A DNA stretch of 64,000 bases from Patescibacteria group bacterium (GTDB lineage Bacteria > Patescibacteriota > Minisyncoccia > Phycocordibacterales > UBA2100): positions 234,361 to 298,360 of the forward strand of contig JBBTSD010000001.1 in the NCBI GenBank assembly GCA_038064835.1. Reading direction: 5' to 3'. Shown piece after piece: positions 61,724-64,000 of this stretch; position 1 is the stretch's first letter, and every line of letters begins with the position of its first letter. The notes below the pieces were generated by a model. The model made no database searches, was not told where the DNA came from, and saw only the letters and a program-made list of their open reading frames with translations. The position numbers and the translations under genes are program-made.

Positions 61724-63643
61724 ATGTTTGTTGTCCGCAGACTTCCTGAGAATCCGCTTCTGCGCCCAAACTTTGATAGGGCGTGGGATGGTTTCGGAGC
61801 CTTTAATTGGTGTCCGGTTGACAAAGAAGGTAAGACACATGTGGTGTATCGGGCTATGTCACTTGCAGATCCGTTGCGTGAAGGGCCACACAATATCTCG
61901 ACGGTCGGATACGCGGTTTCCGAAGACGGAGTGCATTTTAGCGGTAATAGACAACTCATTGCACCCGAGCACGACTGGGAAAAATATGGATGCGAAGATC
62001 CCCGAGTGACCTACTTCGAGGGAACCTACTGTATTTTTTATACCGCTCTTTCACAATTCCCGTTTCGTCCCGAAGGGATTCGCACGGCACTTGCGACAAC
62101 CCGTGATTTTAAAAAAATAGACAGCAAACATCTCATCACCCCATTCAATTCAAAAGCGATGGCGTTGTTTCCCGAGCGAGTCAACGGAAAAATTACCGCT
62201 ATCTTGACTGCCGATTCTGAACGAATGCCGAAAAAAGTTGCGATTGCACAATTTGATACTGACTCCGATCTGATTGATCAGGAATGGTGGAAGAAGTGGT
62301 ATGAAAACATTGATGCGCATCGTATCTATCCAGAGCGTACAAACAATGATCAAGTTGAAGTCGGATCGCCCCCACTCAAAACCGACCGAGGCTGGCTGGT
62401 CATTTACTCGCTTATCGAGAATCATTTTGACAAAGGTATTCAATACCAATATGTCTATGGTATTGAAGCGGTCCTTCTCGATATGCACGACCCGCACAAA
62501 ATTATCGGTGCCACAAAAGGGCCGATGCTGACACCGTTTGAAGGGTACGAACGAGCGGGAATTGTAGGGAATGTCATTTTCCCAAGTGGCGCCCGCATTC
62601 ACGGAGATCAACTCGAAATATACTATGGAGCGGCAGATACAACAGGGTGTGTGGCATCGGTTCGTCTTACAGATCTTCTGGATACCATGCACCCAGAGAC
62701 TGCTTCGCGCATGAGTCTGACTCGTTCATCAGAAGAACCCATCATTACTCCTCGTCCAGAGAACGCATGGGAGAACAAAGCGACTTTTAATCCGGCAGCT
62801 ATCGATATCGATGGCACGGTGCATATCTTGTATCGGGCAATGGGCAATGACGATACTTCAGTCATTGGCTATGCGACAAGTGAGGATGCTGTGCATATTA
62901 CCGAACGACTGAGCGATCCGGTCTATGTGCCCCGTTCAGATTTCGAGCAGAAGCGACGCGGCGGAAATTCGGGGTGCGAAGATCCGCGTATCACGCGGAT
63001 TGGCGACACTCTCCACATGATGTATACCGCGTATGATGGCATTGGGCCTCCCCGTGTGGCAACATCGTCGATTTCAATTTCTAATTTCACAAAAAGGAAA
63101 TGGGAGTGGAGCGAGCCACAACTTGTCACACCGGCAGGTGTCGACGACAAAGACGCCTGTTTGTTTCCACGCACGATAGAGGAAAAATATGTCCTTGCGC
63201 ATCGTATTGCGAATACGATATGTCTATTTCGTTTTGATACGCTCGATTTTGCACACCAAAAAGCAAATACCTGCACACATGTGTTGGGGCCACGACCTGG
63301 CATGTGGGACAATCTAAAGGTAGGACTTGCGGGACCTCCCCTTGAGACACCGGGTGGCTGGCTCCTTTTTTATCACGGTGTTTCCGGATTTCAGAAAACC
63401 TATCGTATGGGCGTGGCGCTCTTGGATCTGAAAGACCCGTCGATTGTTCTAGGGCGCAGTACCGATGCGATTTTCTCTCCCGAAGCCAAGTACGAGAAAG
63501 AGGGTATTGTGCCGAATGTAGTATTCCCCTGCGGACATATTTTGCGAAACGGTATTGTGTACTCTTACTATGGCGGGGCAGATACAGTCATTAATGTCGC
63601 CGAAATGAAGCTCGATACGATACTTACTGCACTCAGACCCTAA
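61724..63643 (+). CDS. Tandem double GH130-like domain protein
   Basis: There are two complete motif sets: NWCPV..VVYRAMS / CEDPRVTYF..YTALS / YYGAADT, and FNPAAIDIDGTVHILYRAMG / CEDPRITRI..YTAYDG / YYGGADT. Confidence 0.6.
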   Translation: MFVVRRLPENPLLRPNFDRAWDGFGAFNWCPVDKEGKTHVVYRAMSLADPLREGPHNISTVGYAVSEDGVHFSGNRQLIAPEHDWEKYGCEDPRVTYFEGTYCIFYTALSQFPFRPEGIRTALATTRDFKKIDSKHLITPFNSKAMALFPERVNGKITAILTADSERMPKKVAIAQFDTDSDLIDQEWWKKWYENIDAHRIYPERTNNDQVEVGSPPLKTDRGWLVIYSLIENHFDKGIQYQYVYGIEAVLLDMHDPHKIIGATKGPMLTPFEGYERAGIVGNVIFPSGARIHGDQLEIYYGAADTTGCVASVRLTDLLDTMHPETASRMSLTRSSEEPIITPRPENAWENKATFNPAAIDIDGTVHILYRAMGNDDTSVIGYATSEDAVHITERLSDPVYVPRSDFEQKRRGGNSGCEDPRITRIGDTLHMMYTAYDGIGPPRVATSSISISNFTKRKWEWSEPQLVTPAGVDDKDACLFPRTIEEKYVLAHRIANTICLFRFDTLDFAHQKANTCTHVLGPRPGMWDNLKVGLAGPPLETPGGWLLFYHGVSGFQKTYRMGVALLDLKDPSIVLGRSTDAIFSPEAKYEKEGIVPNVVFPCGHILRNGIVYSYYGGADTVINVAEMKLDTILTALRP

Positions 63644-63701
63644 GAAGCTGTCTAAAATCTTTCCCCCTGGCAGGGTACCACGAAGATTTTAGACAGCTTC
63701 T
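63644..63701 (+). terminator. 19-bp perfect stem hairpin after the GH130 operon; member of a short repeat family sharing ccctaagaagctgtctaa with 4405..4422
   Basis: agaagctgtctaaaatctt at 63644-63662 pairs with aagattttagacagcttct at 63683-63701. The loop contains cccctggcagggg. Confidence 0.5.
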
Positions 63702-64000
63702 AAGCAGATGAGAGTGTTGTAGAGCTCTTGAATTTTAAACATTTAGTGGTAGGGTACATCTAGCTAAAACCAGACAGACGAGTCAGGGAGAAGCTGTGTG
63801 CAGCAGTCGGAAGCAGAGCTCTCGGCGTCATTTCTGTGCGAAATGAGGTATGCCCTCAGGGCTCATCCTGAAAAAGAAGAGTCCCTTGAACTATTACGCT
63901 CGGACATTGCCTTTCGGCGTTGTACCGAAGAAAGCATTCTCAAGCTGCTAAAAAAGATTAGTCGGGCAAAAGCGCTCGACTATCATGATGTCTCACTGAT

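Noticed and set aside
1-64000. CRISPR arrays, rRNA genes, integrase/transposase ORFs
   Set aside because: No direct-repeat/spacer arrays, no rRNA-like conserved blocks and no recombinase-like ORFs were seen. The MITE-like repeats are non-autonomous and occur only twice each.

Overview
This 64 kb window has about 50% GC and is densely coding. It appears to come from a small-genome bacterium; a Patescibacteria/CPR-like lineage is a guess based on lysine-rich tails on several proteins, many large secreted PKD/Cna-B/peptidoglycan-binding proteins, tightly overlapping genes, and the absence of rimM and rplS next to trmD. Start coordinates are adjusted where the supplied ORF track begins at GTG/TTG or inside a repeat. 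The backbone is informational genes: an ABC-F ATPase, rpsP, a KH-domain protein, trmD, rpoB, rpoC, dnaG-rpoD, hisS, clpP, uppP, ung, csp, and a set of nucleotide-sanitising enzymes (MazG-like, RdgB, NUDIX, Ogt-domain). A mannose cluster at the 3' end carries a phosphomannomutase/phosphoglucomutase, a cupin, and two GH130-like phosphorylases. The most notable system is a six-gene operon (26438..33550) homologous to complex I and group 4 membrane-bound [NiFe] hydrogenases. Its small subunit has lost three of the four N2 Fe-S cysteines. Its large subunit lacks both CxxC Ni-Fe motifs. No ferredoxin-like subunit is encoded, so it looks like a redox-cofactor-free, Ehr-like ion-translocating module. 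Two unrelated families of miniature inverted-repeat elements are each present twice, and two copies supply the last codons and stop codon of neighbouring genes. Other points of interest are a high-GC gene that looks horizontally acquired, a 29-bp perfect inverted repeat enclosing a 28-codon ORF, a UvrD-like helicase fused to a Cas4/AddB-like Fe-S nuclease next to a thymidylate-kinase-like gene with a K-to-R P-loop, an ExbB/TolQ-like channel cluster with a cytoplasmic trypsin-like protease, two convergent pyruvoyl-decarboxylase-like paralogs, and a 1.5k-aa surface protein with DSFFDIF tandem repeats. No rRNA, tRNA or CRISPR array was found.
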